Assembly: GCA_038871515.1 (NCBI GenBank)
Contig: JAVZHX010000001.1
Span: 397,638 to 461,637 of the forward strand
Reading direction: 5' to 3'
Length of the DNA stretch: 64,000 nucleotides
DNA from: Candidatus Micrarchaeia archaeon
GTDB lineage: Archaea; Micrarchaeota; Micrarchaeia; Burarchaeales; Fermentimicrarchaeaceae
Shown here one piece after another: positions 19,347 to 28,226 of this stretch. Below the pieces are notes generated by a model. That model did not search any database. It was not told the origin of the DNA and saw nothing but the letters and a program-made list of their open reading frames with translations. Position numbers and translations under genes: made by a program. Numbering within the stretch: position 1 is the stretch's first letter; each line of letters opens with the position of its first letter.

Positions 19347-20231
19347 TTATTTAGTGAGAACCCGCGCTGCATCTTTTTCAACAACCACTGTTAATTCTGC
19401 TTGGGAAACAATCCCCTTTCCGGCGTCTTTTAAAACAGGGTATTGTTTCAACGCGCCAGAGAAAACAAGCTCCCTCAAAGCTGCGTGTAAAAGCAGTTTG
19501 GAGTGAAAATCCTTGTAGAGCCATCTTTCAGCAAACGGAAGTGTTTTGAAGTTTTCTTCAACGTAGTTGAGCAACCTTCTTGATTCCCTCATTCTCACTG
19601 GGAGTGGTTCGAGTAATGAGAAAATTTCAACTTGTGGTGCTTCTGAAACCCTTCCCTCTCCGTTGGTTGCAAATGGCTCTATCGCAAGCACCATTCCCTC
19701 CTGAAGTTGATTTGGGTCTTTGTTTGCAATGTTTGGTATTTCTACTCCTGCGTGCAGGTTGTATTCGCCAAGCGCATGCCCAGTTAGGTTTTCTATTGGT
19801 TTGAAGCCAAACCCCTTTATCGCAACCTCAACCTCTGCTCCAATGTCGCCAAGCTTCGCGCCAGCGTGAATTGAGCAGATTGCTGCATCAAGCGCTTTTT
19901 CGGCTGCTTCAACAAGCTTGCCGTTTTCATTTGATAAGTCAACAGTAAGCGCATTATCACCGATAAAACCATCTATATGAACTCCTATGTCAAGCTTGAC
20001 AATGTCTTTCTCGCCAATTGTTGAAGTTGAATCCTTCTCTGGTGTGAAGTGGGCTGCAATTTCGTTTATTGAGATGTTGGGTGGAAAAGCTGGCTTTGCT
20101 CCCTTCTCCGCAATTTTTCTTTCAGCAGTTTCTGCTATTTCAAGCAGTTTTGCACCTGGTTTGATGAGCTGCTTGCACTCCTGTAGAACTTCAAAAGCAA
20201 TCCTTCCTGCTTTCTCGTATTTTTCAATCAT
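19347..20231 (-). CDS. map: methionine aminopeptidase, type II
   Basis: Contains FPPNISINEIAAHFTP, VKLDIGVHIDGFIGD and GHALGEYNLHAG. Confidence 0.9.
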   Translation of the reverse strand: MIEKYEKAGRIAFEVLQECKQLIKPGAKLLEIAETAERKIAEKGAKPAFPPNISINEIAAHFTPEKDSTSTIGEKDIVKLDIGVHIDGFIGDNALTVDLSNENGKLVEAAEKALDAAICSIHAGAKLGDIGAEVEVAIKGFGFKPIENLTGHALGEYNLHAGVEIPNIANKDPNQLQEGMVLAIEPFATNGEGRVSEAPQVEIFSLLEPLPVRMRESRRLLNYVEENFKTLPFAERWLYKDFHSKLLLHAALRELVFSGALKQYPVLKDAGKGIVSQAELTVVVEKDAARVLTK

Positions 20232-20872
20232 TTTCTCAACTCCTGAAGGATGGGGATGAGCTCCTTTATAGCAGTTATATTGTAGTCCGCGTTGTTTTTC
20301 TTTTTTGAGAGAAGGACAGTGGTTATACCAGCTTCTTTTGCTGGTTCAATGTCTTTCTCAACGCTATCCCCAACCATCACAACATCATGTGGTTGCATTC
20401 TCAGTTTTTTCAAAATAGAAGAGTAGAATTTTTTTGTTTTTTTCGGAGTGACAAAAACATAATGGAATAGGTTATGGAGTCCTAGGCGTATTAGCTTGTC
20501 CCATTGCTTTATCGCCCTTCCCTCAGAAGCAACGCAGATTGTGTAGCCCTGCTCGCGGAGTTGAATAACTGTTTTCGGCACGTCTGGGAAAGGGAAGATG
20601 CTGGCTTTTGTTTGGTGGTATGCGACAACTCCTGCTGCAATTATTTTTGGTTCTGATTTCTTTCCAAGCTCGCGCAGCAGAGCGTTGAAGTGTTTTGGGT
20701 AATTCGGTCCGTATTTGTTTATTATTTTCAGAAGTTTTCTGTAAGCAGCTTCCTCATCAACATCCAAGCCAGCGGCGATCATTGCGTTTAATGCATTCTT
20801 TCTAGCAAGCTCAGCAAATTCAGAGGAGGGAAAAAGTGTGTTGTCAATGTCAAATAATATTGCTTTAACCAT
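20228..20872 (-). CDS. HAD-superfamily hydrolase
   Basis: The ATG at 20872 gives MVKAILFDIDNTL. The C-terminal motif is MVGDSVEKDIEPAKEAG. Overlaps the polB stop by 8 nt. Confidence 0.8.
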   Translation of the reverse strand: MVKAILFDIDNTLFPSSEFAELARKNALNAMIAAGLDVDEEAAYRKLLKIINKYGPNYPKHFNALLRELGKKSEPKIIAAGVVAYHQTKASIFPFPDVPKTVIQLREQGYTICVASEGRAIKQWDKLIRLGLHNLFHYVFVTPKKTKKFYSSILKKLRMQPHDVVMVGDSVEKDIEPAKEAGITTVLLSKKKNNADYNITAIKELIPILQELRK

Positions 20873-23249
20873 GCCAGTCACCCAGAACGGATTGCTTTCC
20901 TCCAAATACCAAATCCTCCTTCTTAACTCCAAGCTCTCGGAGAATTTTTAGAACGGCTGGTATAACCTGATGTTCAATATAGTAAACTGCATCATAGTCT
21001 TTTGCAAGCTCTGCTGGAACTGCTTTTTCAGAGATGCTTGCTCCTTTCTTTGTGATTACGTAGCCAACAAGCGAGCCCTCCTCAACATGTATTCCTGCGC
21101 TGAGCGCTTTCTTCGCAGCCTCAAGCTCAGGGGAGGTAACCTCATATTTTCCGATGCTTTTCTTTAATTGAGTGTATATAACAAGCTCGTCAAGCGGTGT
21201 TCTTCCTTCCCTCAGCTCATTTATTTTATCCCTCACTATTTTCAGGGCTTTCTCCTTGCTTCCTTCCTTGAGAATTGCCTCAAGCACCTGCTGCTGAACT
21301 TTTTTTGCAACTCCCGCCCAGTCCCTTCTCACAAGCTCAAAGCCACGTATTTTTATCCTTCCATCCTCTCCAATTAATGCGTATTTCTTCTTCGCTCCTT
21401 TTGCCTCTGATTTCTTGCTAACGAAAACCCCGCGGGAATAGAACCCTTCAAGCTCAAGCTCCATTTTCTCAGGAAGCTCATTGTTTATTTTTTTCACAAA
21501 TTCAAGCGCATCCTTCTTTGTTTTCTCTCCAAGCAACAGCATTAAAGAATCTGTATCGCCGTATAGAACTTTGAAGCCAGCTTCCTCTGCTTTTCTCATT
21601 GTTTCCTGTATATAGTGCCTTCCCCAAGCAGTTGTGCTCTCGCCGGCTTCTTTGGAATACCAGCGGGAGCGTGGGTAGAGCAGATAGCCATAGAAGGAGT
21701 TTGCAGTTATTTTCAGTGCCTGTTGCTGTGCGTCAAGCTGGATGTATTCCTCTGTCCCTGGCTTCATGGACTTCATCTTTTTCTTAATCTCTGCTCTTTT
21801 TTGCAGAAGCTCCTCAAGCACTTTTGGGATGAGCCCCTTCTTCTTTTTGCAGAAGCGGTGCCCAACTGGTGAAAGATAGGAGTCCTTTCCACAGCAGGAG
21901 CAGTTCAGAGTGAATGGGTCAACGTTGTGCGAGATGATTATAGATGGATATAGGGAGCGGAAGTCAAAAACAGCCAAATTTTCATAGATGCCTGGCTCAG
22001 GCATTTTCACAAACGCTCCAACTGCTGGCGAGGCAGCCCTTGCAGCAATCTCCTCCTCCTTTGGCTGGTTTGGCACAATGATGTTCTCCCAGTGGGCCCT
22101 GTTGATGAGGAGCTGCTCAACAATTGTTCCTGTTGATGAGCCGCAGATGTCAAAGAGGGGAACTTTGGATAGTTTGGAAATTTCAAACTCCATTGGGAGG
22201 AGCTGTTCCGCAAGCTCCTTAACTGCAACAGCATCATTTAATGAATACTCGGCAAGCTCCCCACATTTTTTTTCATCATCCCAGTACTTCCAGATTTCAA
22301 TTTTTGGGATTGATTTTTTGGTTTTTCCAGTAAGCTCGGAGTAAACTTCTGAGAGTGTGAATTGGAATGTTTTTAATGCTCCGATGGTTGCGAGGAAGCG
22401 GATAATGTGAAATAAATCTATGTGAACTCTTCCTGTTATTTTTGCTTTTGTTATTAACCCTCTTCTGTGCAACCTGAAGCTTGAGCCATCCCTCCCAAGC
22501 GAGAGTTGTGTTTTCAAAACAGCTGCCCTCTCCTTCAAGTATGGTAAATCAAACTGGCTGGAGTTGTAGCCGATGAGAATTTCGGTGTTTGTTTCCTTTA
22601 CCAGCTGGCAGAATTTCTCAATCATTTCCTTCTCATCCTTGCAGTGAGTGATGAATGGTTTGTTTATTCTTTTTGTTGTAAAGACACCTGAGGAGGAGTT
22701 GGCGTAGCTTATCATCAGTATTGGGTCCTTGGTGGGGCGAGGGGCTCCTTGTGGGTTGTAGGTTTCGATGTCAAATGCAAGTGTGTTGAATTTCAAGGGA
22801 GTTTCCTGTGTTTTTGTTATTCTTTTTAACTCCTTTCCTTCTCTCTCAAATTTTATTGTTGTTAGTGGGGTGAGCCCTTTGTCTATTATGTATCTTCTTG
22901 TGAATGGGATGTTGTGCTCGTAGGTTGTGCCGAGTTTTTTAACTTCCTCGCGTATAACTGGCACGTGTCTTGGGTGGTTGCAGATTATCTTGAGCAGCTC
23001 CTTTTCCTTCCCAAGAAGAATTTTTCTAACTTTTTCAACTCTTTTTGGCTTGATTGTTTCGTTTTTTTCCTCAACTACGAGCTGTTCAATAGTTTTTTTT
23101 GTTGAGTCAATTTCATCAGCATCCAAATAGAAATACGGCTCAAAGTTGCTGTCGTATATCCTGAAAAATCTTTTTCCTTTGAAAACTAGTGAGATAACCG
23201 GTTTGTTGCCCTTTGTCTTGTAGGTTACGTCAATGAGGATGCCTCTCAT
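20865..23249 (-). CDS. polB: family B DNA polymerase
   Basis: 794 aa. Exo motifs FDIET and YNSSQFDLPYL, polymerase motifs DFRSLYPSII, KITANSFYGY and YGDTDS. No intein. Confidence 0.95.
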   Translation of the reverse strand: MRGILIDVTYKTKGNKPVISLVFKGKRFFRIYDSNFEPYFYLDADEIDSTKKTIEQLVVEEKNETIKPKRVEKVRKILLGKEKELLKIICNHPRHVPVIREEVKKLGTTYEHNIPFTRRYIIDKGLTPLTTIKFEREGKELKRITKTQETPLKFNTLAFDIETYNPQGAPRPTKDPILMISYANSSSGVFTTKRINKPFITHCKDEKEMIEKFCQLVKETNTEILIGYNSSQFDLPYLKERAAVLKTQLSLGRDGSSFRLHRRGLITKAKITGRVHIDLFHIIRFLATIGALKTFQFTLSEVYSELTGKTKKSIPKIEIWKYWDDEKKCGELAEYSLNDAVAVKELAEQLLPMEFEISKLSKVPLFDICGSSTGTIVEQLLINRAHWENIIVPNQPKEEEIAARAASPAVGAFVKMPEPGIYENLAVFDFRSLYPSIIISHNVDPFTLNCSCCGKDSYLSPVGHRFCKKKKGLIPKVLEELLQKRAEIKKKMKSMKPGTEEYIQLDAQQQALKITANSFYGYLLYPRSRWYSKEAGESTTAWGRHYIQETMRKAEEAGFKVLYGDTDSLMLLLGEKTKKDALEFVKKINNELPEKMELELEGFYSRGVFVSKKSEAKGAKKKYALIGEDGRIKIRGFELVRRDWAGVAKKVQQQVLEAILKEGSKEKALKIVRDKINELREGRTPLDELVIYTQLKKSIGKYEVTSPELEAAKKALSAGIHVEEGSLVGYVITKKGASISEKAVPAELAKDYDAVYYIEHQVIPAVLKILRELGVKKEDLVFGGKQSVLGDWHG

Positions 23250-23287
23250 GTTATTGATTTTTTAATCTAACCAATTAAAAACGTATC

Positions 23288-23938
23288 ATGAGGGGAAGGT
23301 TGAATGCTGCAAGGAAAGCGCTGGAGTATGTGAAAGAGGGGATGGTTGTTGGTTTGGGGACGGGCAGAACTGCGGAGTTATTTGTAAAGTTGTTGGGGAG
23401 GAGTGGGAGGAAAGTTATAGGGGTTCCGACTTCAAAAAGAAGCGAGAGGGTTGCTAGAAAGGTTGGGTTGGTTGTGAAGGAGTTGAACGAAGTGGAAAGG
23501 ATTGATTTGGCGGTTGATGGGGCGGATCAGGTTGATAAAAAATTGAATTTGATTAAAGGGTATGGTGGCGCTCTGTTCAGGGAGAAGGTTGTTGATTATG
23601 CGGCAAAAAAGTTTTTGGTTGCTGTTGATGAGAGCAAGTTGAGGGAGGAGCTGGGGGGGTGGGTGCCGTTGGAGGTTGCTCCTTTTGCAGTTGAGCAGGT
23701 GAGAAGGGAGTTGAGAAGAAGGGGAGTTGAGTCAAGGGTGAGGAGGAAGGGGAGGAGAGTGTTTGTGACTGATAATGGTAATTTGATTGTTGATGCTTAT
23801 TTTGAAAAAGTGAAAAAACCGGAGAAGGTGCATGAGATGTTGAAGGGAATCCCTGGGGTGATTGAAACTGGTTTGTTTTTTGGAAAGAAGTGGAAGGTGG
23901 TTGTGGGAAGTGAGAGGGGGGCGAGAGTTTTAGGGTGA
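23288..23938 (+). CDS. rpiA: ribose 5-phosphate isomerase A
   Basis: Contains VVGLGTGRTA, AVDGADQVD and KGYGGALFREK. Confidence 0.85.
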   Translation: MRGRLNAARKALEYVKEGMVVGLGTGRTAELFVKLLGRSGRKVIGVPTSKRSERVARKVGLVVKELNEVERIDLAVDGADQVDKKLNLIKGYGGALFREKVVDYAAKKFLVAVDESKLREELGGWVPLEVAPFAVEQVRRELRRRGVESRVRRKGRRVFVTDNGNLIVDAYFEKVKKPEKVHEMLKGIPGVIETGLFFGKKWKVVVGSERGARVLG

Positions 23939-23942
23939 GGTT

Positions 23943-24443
23943 ATGAGAAAACTTCCTGAGAGTTTAAGAGGTGAGTTGAGAAGGCCGTTTGGGAGAGTTG
24001 TGAACACTGAACAGCTTATCTCTGAGTTGAAAGGAAAAGATGTGTTTCTTGTTTCTGTTGGTGATGAGTGCTCGTATGAGTTGATAAAAAATAATGTGAA
24101 GCCGGATGTTGTGATTTATGATTTGAAAATAAAGAGGAGGGATGTGATTGGTAAAGTAAGGGAGGTGTTGGATGAGTTTGATGAAAAGCCAACAATAGTT
24201 CACAATCCCCCTGGTGTGATAATGGATGAGTTGATTGAAACTGTGAAGGAGATGGTTGAAAGAAGGAGTGGTAAGATGCTTGTGAAAGGGGAGGAGGATT
24301 TGGCTGCGCTTGTTGTGATGATGTATGCTCCAAATGGCGCGGTGGTTGTTTATGGACAGCCAGATGAGGGGGCGGTTCTTGTTGAGATGAATGATGAGGT
24401 AAGGGAGAGAGCGGTAAGGGCGTATGAAAGTATGGAGGAGTGA
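23943..24443 (+). CDS. GTP-dependent dephospho-CoA kinase (archaeal DUF359 family)
   Basis: Contains L..ELRRPFG, SVGDECSYELI, PDVVIYDLKIKR and GEEDLAAL, the pattern of the archaeal DPCK family. Confidence 0.75.
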   Translation: MRKLPESLRGELRRPFGRVVNTEQLISELKGKDVFLVSVGDECSYELIKNNVKPDVVIYDLKIKRRDVIGKVREVLDEFDEKPTIVHNPPGVIMDELIETVKEMVERRSGKMLVKGEEDLAALVVMMYAPNGAVVVYGQPDEGAVLVEMNDEVRERAVRAYESMEE

Positions 24444-24445
24444 GT

Positions 24446-25582
24446 ATGGAGGAGCTGAGGGTTATTAATTTCCTAGATGCGTTCATCGCAAATGCTCTGT
24501 CTGTGCTGATTCCACTTATTCTTATTGCGAGAGGAGTTGATGTTGTTGGGGTTGGTTTTGTTGTTTCTATTTCTCCGGTTGTTTTTGTTGTTTCAAGAAG
24601 TGTTTTTGCTGCTTTGTCAGATCAGAGGGGAGTGAAGGAGTTTTTTGTTCTGAATGGGTTTATGAATGTGGTTGCGGTTGCTGTTTATATGGTTGCGAAT
24701 ACGCCGCTGATGTTTTCTGTTGGAAAGATGTTTGAGGGGGTGAGGAATGGGGCGATATGGGCGGTGAATAGAACTGCGGTGATTTATAAGAAAGGGAAGG
24801 AGAGAGCTGCTGAGGAGATGTCAAAAATTCAAGCAATCAGGACGGCTTCTGCTGCGTTTGGAATTGTGGTGGTTGGTTTATTGTTGCAGAGTTATTCGTT
24901 TGATGTGGCGCTGCTCTTCTTCATTGTACTGAGTTTTGTGCTTCTTGGGGTGAGTTTCTTAACTCAGGGAAGGAGGAAGTCAAAAATTAAGTTTAAGAGG
25001 TTGTTTGAGCAGCTTGATTTCAGAAGCAAAAGTGAAGTTTTGAAGAGGACGAGCCTTGTGCTGGTTTTTCAGTCGGTTGCAACAAACACGTTGCTTTCCT
25101 TGGTTTTTCCTCTTTTTTTGAAGGAGATGGAGTGTGATTATTGGTTGATTGGTTTTGTGATTGCGGTGTATTACTTGGTGAGCGCTGTTGTTGCATTCCT
25201 GCTTTCAAAAAAGAATGTGATATCTCTTTTTGTTTATTTGTGGTTGGGTGCTTTCCTTTTCTTTTTCGGGGCGGTTGTTACTCCGTTTCTGTGGGGAGCG
25301 TGGGCGATTCCTTTTATTCTGTTGATGGGGGTTGGGGATGGAATGAGTATGCCTGTTTGGGAGGTGTTGGTTTTCAATTCATTAAGAAGCAAGAATGATG
25401 TTTCAAGTGATATCGCGCTTGTCCACACACCGCCAAATCTTTTGAATTCGGTTGGTGTTATCGTTGCTGGTTTGTTGATTAAGGTGTTTGGTTATTGGGT
25501 TGTTTTTGTGTTGTGTGGTGTTTTGTTTGTTCTATTTGCTTACTTTTCATCAAAAATCTTGAAGGGTTGTTGGGAGGTTTAA
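24446..25582 (+). CDS. MFS-type transporter
   Basis: About 12 hydrophobic segments with a basic loop in the middle (RRKSKIKFKR). The start could be GTG 24440. Confidence 0.65.
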   Translation: MEELRVINFLDAFIANALSVLIPLILIARGVDVVGVGFVVSISPVVFVVSRSVFAALSDQRGVKEFFVLNGFMNVVAVAVYMVANTPLMFSVGKMFEGVRNGAIWAVNRTAVIYKKGKERAAEEMSKIQAIRTASAAFGIVVVGLLLQSYSFDVALLFFIVLSFVLLGVSFLTQGRRKSKIKFKRLFEQLDFRSKSEVLKRTSLVLVFQSVATNTLLSLVFPLFLKEMECDYWLIGFVIAVYYLVSAVVAFLLSKKNVISLFVYLWLGAFLFFFGAVVTPFLWGAWAIPFILLMGVGDGMSMPVWEVLVFNSLRSKNDVSSDIALVHTPPNLLNSVGVIVAGLLIKVFGYWVVFVLCGVLFVLFAYFSSKILKGCWEV

Positions 25583-25962
25583 GGTTTGTCTGAGTTTTTG
25601 TATTTTTTGTAAAGCTCATTAACTGTTCTTTCATCAATCCTTTTATCAAAATAAGCATGAGGTAGCAATGCGCCGCTGAATGTTTTTGGTATGTGGATGA
25701 GCTCGTGAATTAAAACCTTATCTTTCTCTTCTTCAGGAAGAGAGTCAAAATGCTCTGAGAGAACTTCAATTATGTAGTAGGTTCTGATGTCTAACGCTTT
25801 CTGCCAAATTTTTGGGAGGTTCCAGATGCGGGCGTATGCCTTTGCTTCGGAGCCTTTGGAGCGCATGCAGATTATCCGGAGGGAATTGATGTGTTCTAAA
25901 TTAAGTGTTTGGATTATTTTGTTTACTCTTTCCTGAATGTCTGGAGCGAGCTCAAATTGCAT
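25579..25962 (-). CDS. putative zinc metallopeptidase (HExxH)
   Basis: 127 aa with LIHELIHIP (HExxH). Resembles the small predicted archaeal metallopeptidase family. Confidence 0.55.
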   Translation of the reverse strand: MQFELAPDIQERVNKIIQTLNLEHINSLRIICMRSKGSEAKAYARIWNLPKIWQKALDIRTYYIIEVLSEHFDSLPEEEKDKVLIHELIHIPKTFSGALLPHAYFDKRIDERTVNELYKKYKNSDKP

Positions 25963-25997
25963 GGTTTGTTTTTAGTATGGGGTATAATAAGGTTGTT

Positions 25998-26015
25998 TTG
26001 TAACCATGGTTACAA
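25998..26015. promoter_or_regulatory. 18-bp perfect palindrome TTGTAACCATGGTTACAA
   Basis: Read directly. The core GTAACCATGGTTAC is repeated 160 bp downstream. Confidence 0.9.
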
Positions 26016-26157
26016 AGAAAGGGGGACCCCTTACTTCCACTATTCTACTATTTTTGTGTTGTTTGGTGTTGTTTTTTGTTTTTCTCGTCTGAGTTTTTGT
26101 TAGAAAAATAGGGGAAGTGTGGTTGGAATAGGGGTGGAGTGAAGGTATATATATCTG

Positions 26158-26177
26158 AATGTAACCATGGTTACATT
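26158..26177. promoter_or_regulatory. 20-bp perfect palindrome AATGTAACCATGGTTACATT
   Basis: Read directly. It abuts the ATG at 26178. Confidence 0.9.
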
Positions 26178-26420
26178 ATGTTGTTATATCTATATGATTT
26201 GAAAATAAAAGGGAAAAAACCTTACAACAACCTTAAAAGAAGGTTCTACTACCAACTCAAAAACTCTCCCCTCTCCACAAAACCATGGAAAACAAAATCA
26301 GCAATATTAGTGGAAGATTACCTAGAAGGAGAAGCAGACGCGTTTTTCAAAAAATTTGAGGGTTTTGTGGAGGTATACAAAGCAAAAATTGAATCAATTG
26401 AACAACTTTCAAAACCATAA
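26178..26420 (+). CDS. small hypothetical protein
   Basis: 80 aa from ATG 26178 (MLLYLYDLKIKGKKPYNNLKRRFYYQLK...). The annotated ORF start at 26139 would place the palindrome inside the coding region. Confidence 0.45.
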   Translation: MLLYLYDLKIKGKKPYNNLKRRFYYQLKNSPLSTKPWKTKSAILVEDYLEGEADAFFKKFEGFVEVYKAKIESIEQLSKP

Positions 26421-26479
26421 TACTGGAAGTGCACCCCCACTCAAAAAGAATTAATACCCCAACAAACCAATTCCTACTC

Positions 26480-27313
26480 ATGTACGTCACAAAAAACTAC
26501 CTTAAAACACATCTCAGGAAAAGACTTGTCACCTCCCACAAAGGGCAGAACGGCCGTTTATTGGTTGTGGGAGGAAGCCGTCTCTACTTCGGCTCACCTA
26601 TTCTCGTCTCGCTCGCAGCGTTCAGGACAGGGATTGATTTAGTTTACCTTCTCACCCCAGAATACATCTCAAAACACCTCGCCCCCCAATACCCAGACCT
26701 GATAGTATGGGGTTATGAAGGGGAATACCTAAACGAGAAAGCACTGCCTCTCTTTGAGGAGCTGAAAACAAAAACAGATGCAATGGTTATCGGAAACGGG
26801 CTTACAAAACAACCTGGCGTGCTGAAAACAACAACTAAACTACTTTCAGAATGGGATAAACCCCTTGTGATTGACGCAGATGCTGTTCAACCAAATTTGA
26901 AAACAAACTCCAAACAACTCCTCTACACCCCCCACTCAATTGAACTCTCCCGTCTGACAGGAGTTAAAACACCCGAAAATTTAAAGGAAAGGATAAAATT
27001 GGTTGAAAAAACAGCAAGGGAGCTCTCCGCAACCATCTTGTTGAAAGGAAGGCCGGATATCATATCTGATGGAAAACAGCTTATGTTCAACCACATCCAC
27101 AACCCAGGGATGACTGTTGGAGGAACTGGGGACACCCTCGCAGGAATCGCAGGCGCACTCCTCTCGCAGAGACACACCCCATTTGAATCCGCATGCATGG
27201 CTGCTTACATAAATGGTTTGGCTGGCAACTTAGCAATGAAAAAATACGGCTACTCCTTACTCGCATCCGATTTAATAAATGAGATACCAACAATTATGAA
27301 AAAATTTCAATAA
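26480..27313 (+). CDS. nnrD: ADP-dependent NAD(P)H-hydrate dehydratase (YjeF C-terminal/carbohydrate kinase family)
   Basis: Contains HKGQNGRLLVVGGS, VIDADA and VGGTGDTLAGIAGALL. Confidence 0.8.
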   Translation: MYVTKNYLKTHLRKRLVTSHKGQNGRLLVVGGSRLYFGSPILVSLAAFRTGIDLVYLLTPEYISKHLAPQYPDLIVWGYEGEYLNEKALPLFEELKTKTDAMVIGNGLTKQPGVLKTTTKLLSEWDKPLVIDADAVQPNLKTNSKQLLYTPHSIELSRLTGVKTPENLKERIKLVEKTARELSATILLKGRPDIISDGKQLMFNHIHNPGMTVGGTGDTLAGIAGALLSQRHTPFESACMAAYINGLAGNLAMKKYGYSLLASDLINEIPTIMKKFQ

Positions 27314-27315
27314 AC

Positions 27316-27948
27316 TTAGAAAATCTCCACAACTCCACTCACATCACTGAAAACAAAATCCGGCTCCTCTTTTAACAACCACTCCAACTTATGCGTTCCG
27401 TTACAAACACAACCAGTTATCATACCAGCAGCTCTCCCAGCCTGCACATCCTCCACCCTATCCCCAACATAAATACACTCGTCCGCTCTCCTTCTAACCT
27501 TTTCAAGAGCAACCAACAAACTTTTTGGAGATGGCTTTCTCTCCTCCACATCCTCCCTCACAACAACAACCGAAAAATACTTCCCAATTCCAAACCTCTC
27601 CAAATCCTCCTTTATTCTACTTCCCCTTCCATCACTAACCAACCCAACACCAACCCCCAGCAAACTCAGCTTCTCAAGAGTTGGAACTGTTTGCGGAAAC
27701 AATTTAATTTCCTTCCTCATCTTCTCCCAATACTCCCACCACACCTTCTCAACTCTCTCCACCTCTCTCTCCTCCACCCCCATTTTCAAATACATATTTT
27801 TATGATTCATTGAAAACTCCCTTCTGAAAAACTCCAAACTCATCTCCCCATAACCCAACTCAGAAAAGGTTCTTCGGAAACTTTCGTATGTTATATGCAG
27901 AGAATCCAACAACGTTCCATCATAATCAAAAAACACAAACTTCAGCAT
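27316..27948 (-). CDS. HAD-superfamily hydrolase (phosphoglycolate phosphatase-like)
   Basis: Contains MLKFVFFDYDGTLLDS and YVGDRVEDVQAGRAAG. Confidence 0.8.
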   Translation of the reverse strand: MLKFVFFDYDGTLLDSLHITYESFRRTFSELGYGEMSLEFFRREFSMNHKNMYLKMGVEEREVERVEKVWWEYWEKMRKEIKLFPQTVPTLEKLSLLGVGVGLVSDGRGSRIKEDLERFGIGKYFSVVVVREDVEERKPSPKSLLVALEKVRRRADECIYVGDRVEDVQAGRAAGMITGCVCNGTHKLEWLLKEEPDFVFSDVSGVVEIF

Positions 27949-28004
27949 AATATTCAAACATCACTCTTTAATAACTTCTTTTCTCCAATAAAATTGGTGA
28001 ACTT

Positions 28005-28226
28005 ATGAAGTACAAAGTTGAGATAACCTACAAACCAGGCGTGCTAGACCCTGAAGGAAAATCAACCCTTGATGCATTGAAAACACTCGGCTTTAACGTT
28101 TCCAACGTCCAGAGCATGAAAGCATACATAATTGAATGCAACTACGATGAGAAAAAAATTGATGAGATGTGCAGGAAACTTCTCTCCAACCCAATAATAC
28201 ATAACTATTCAATTCAAAAACTATGA
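28005..28226 (+). CDS. purS: phosphoribosylformylglycinamidine synthase subunit PurS
   Basis: 73 aa with KPGVLDPEGKSTLDALKTLGF. Sits immediately upstream of purL with overlapping stop/start. Confidence 0.85.
   Translation: MKYKVEITYKPGVLDPEGKSTLDALKTLGFNVSNVQSMKAYIIECNYDEKKIDEMCRKLLSNPIIHNYSIQKL

Noticed and set aside
25963-26177. Calling the palindrome region a bona fide oriC
   Set aside because: - No orc1/cdc6 gene is adjacent.
- The resemblance of the TGGAA...GGGG elements to ORB boxes is from memory and imperfect.
- The skew polarity is the one expected for a terminus under the usual rule.

It is kept as a finding with alternatives, not as an annotated origin.
26178-26420. Cas2-like or PaaX-C-like assignment for the 80-aa protein and for the C-terminal part of the MNT protein (56019-56300)
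   Set aside because: There is only a vague YDL-K...G...R pattern similarity. This is too weak to assign without profile searches.
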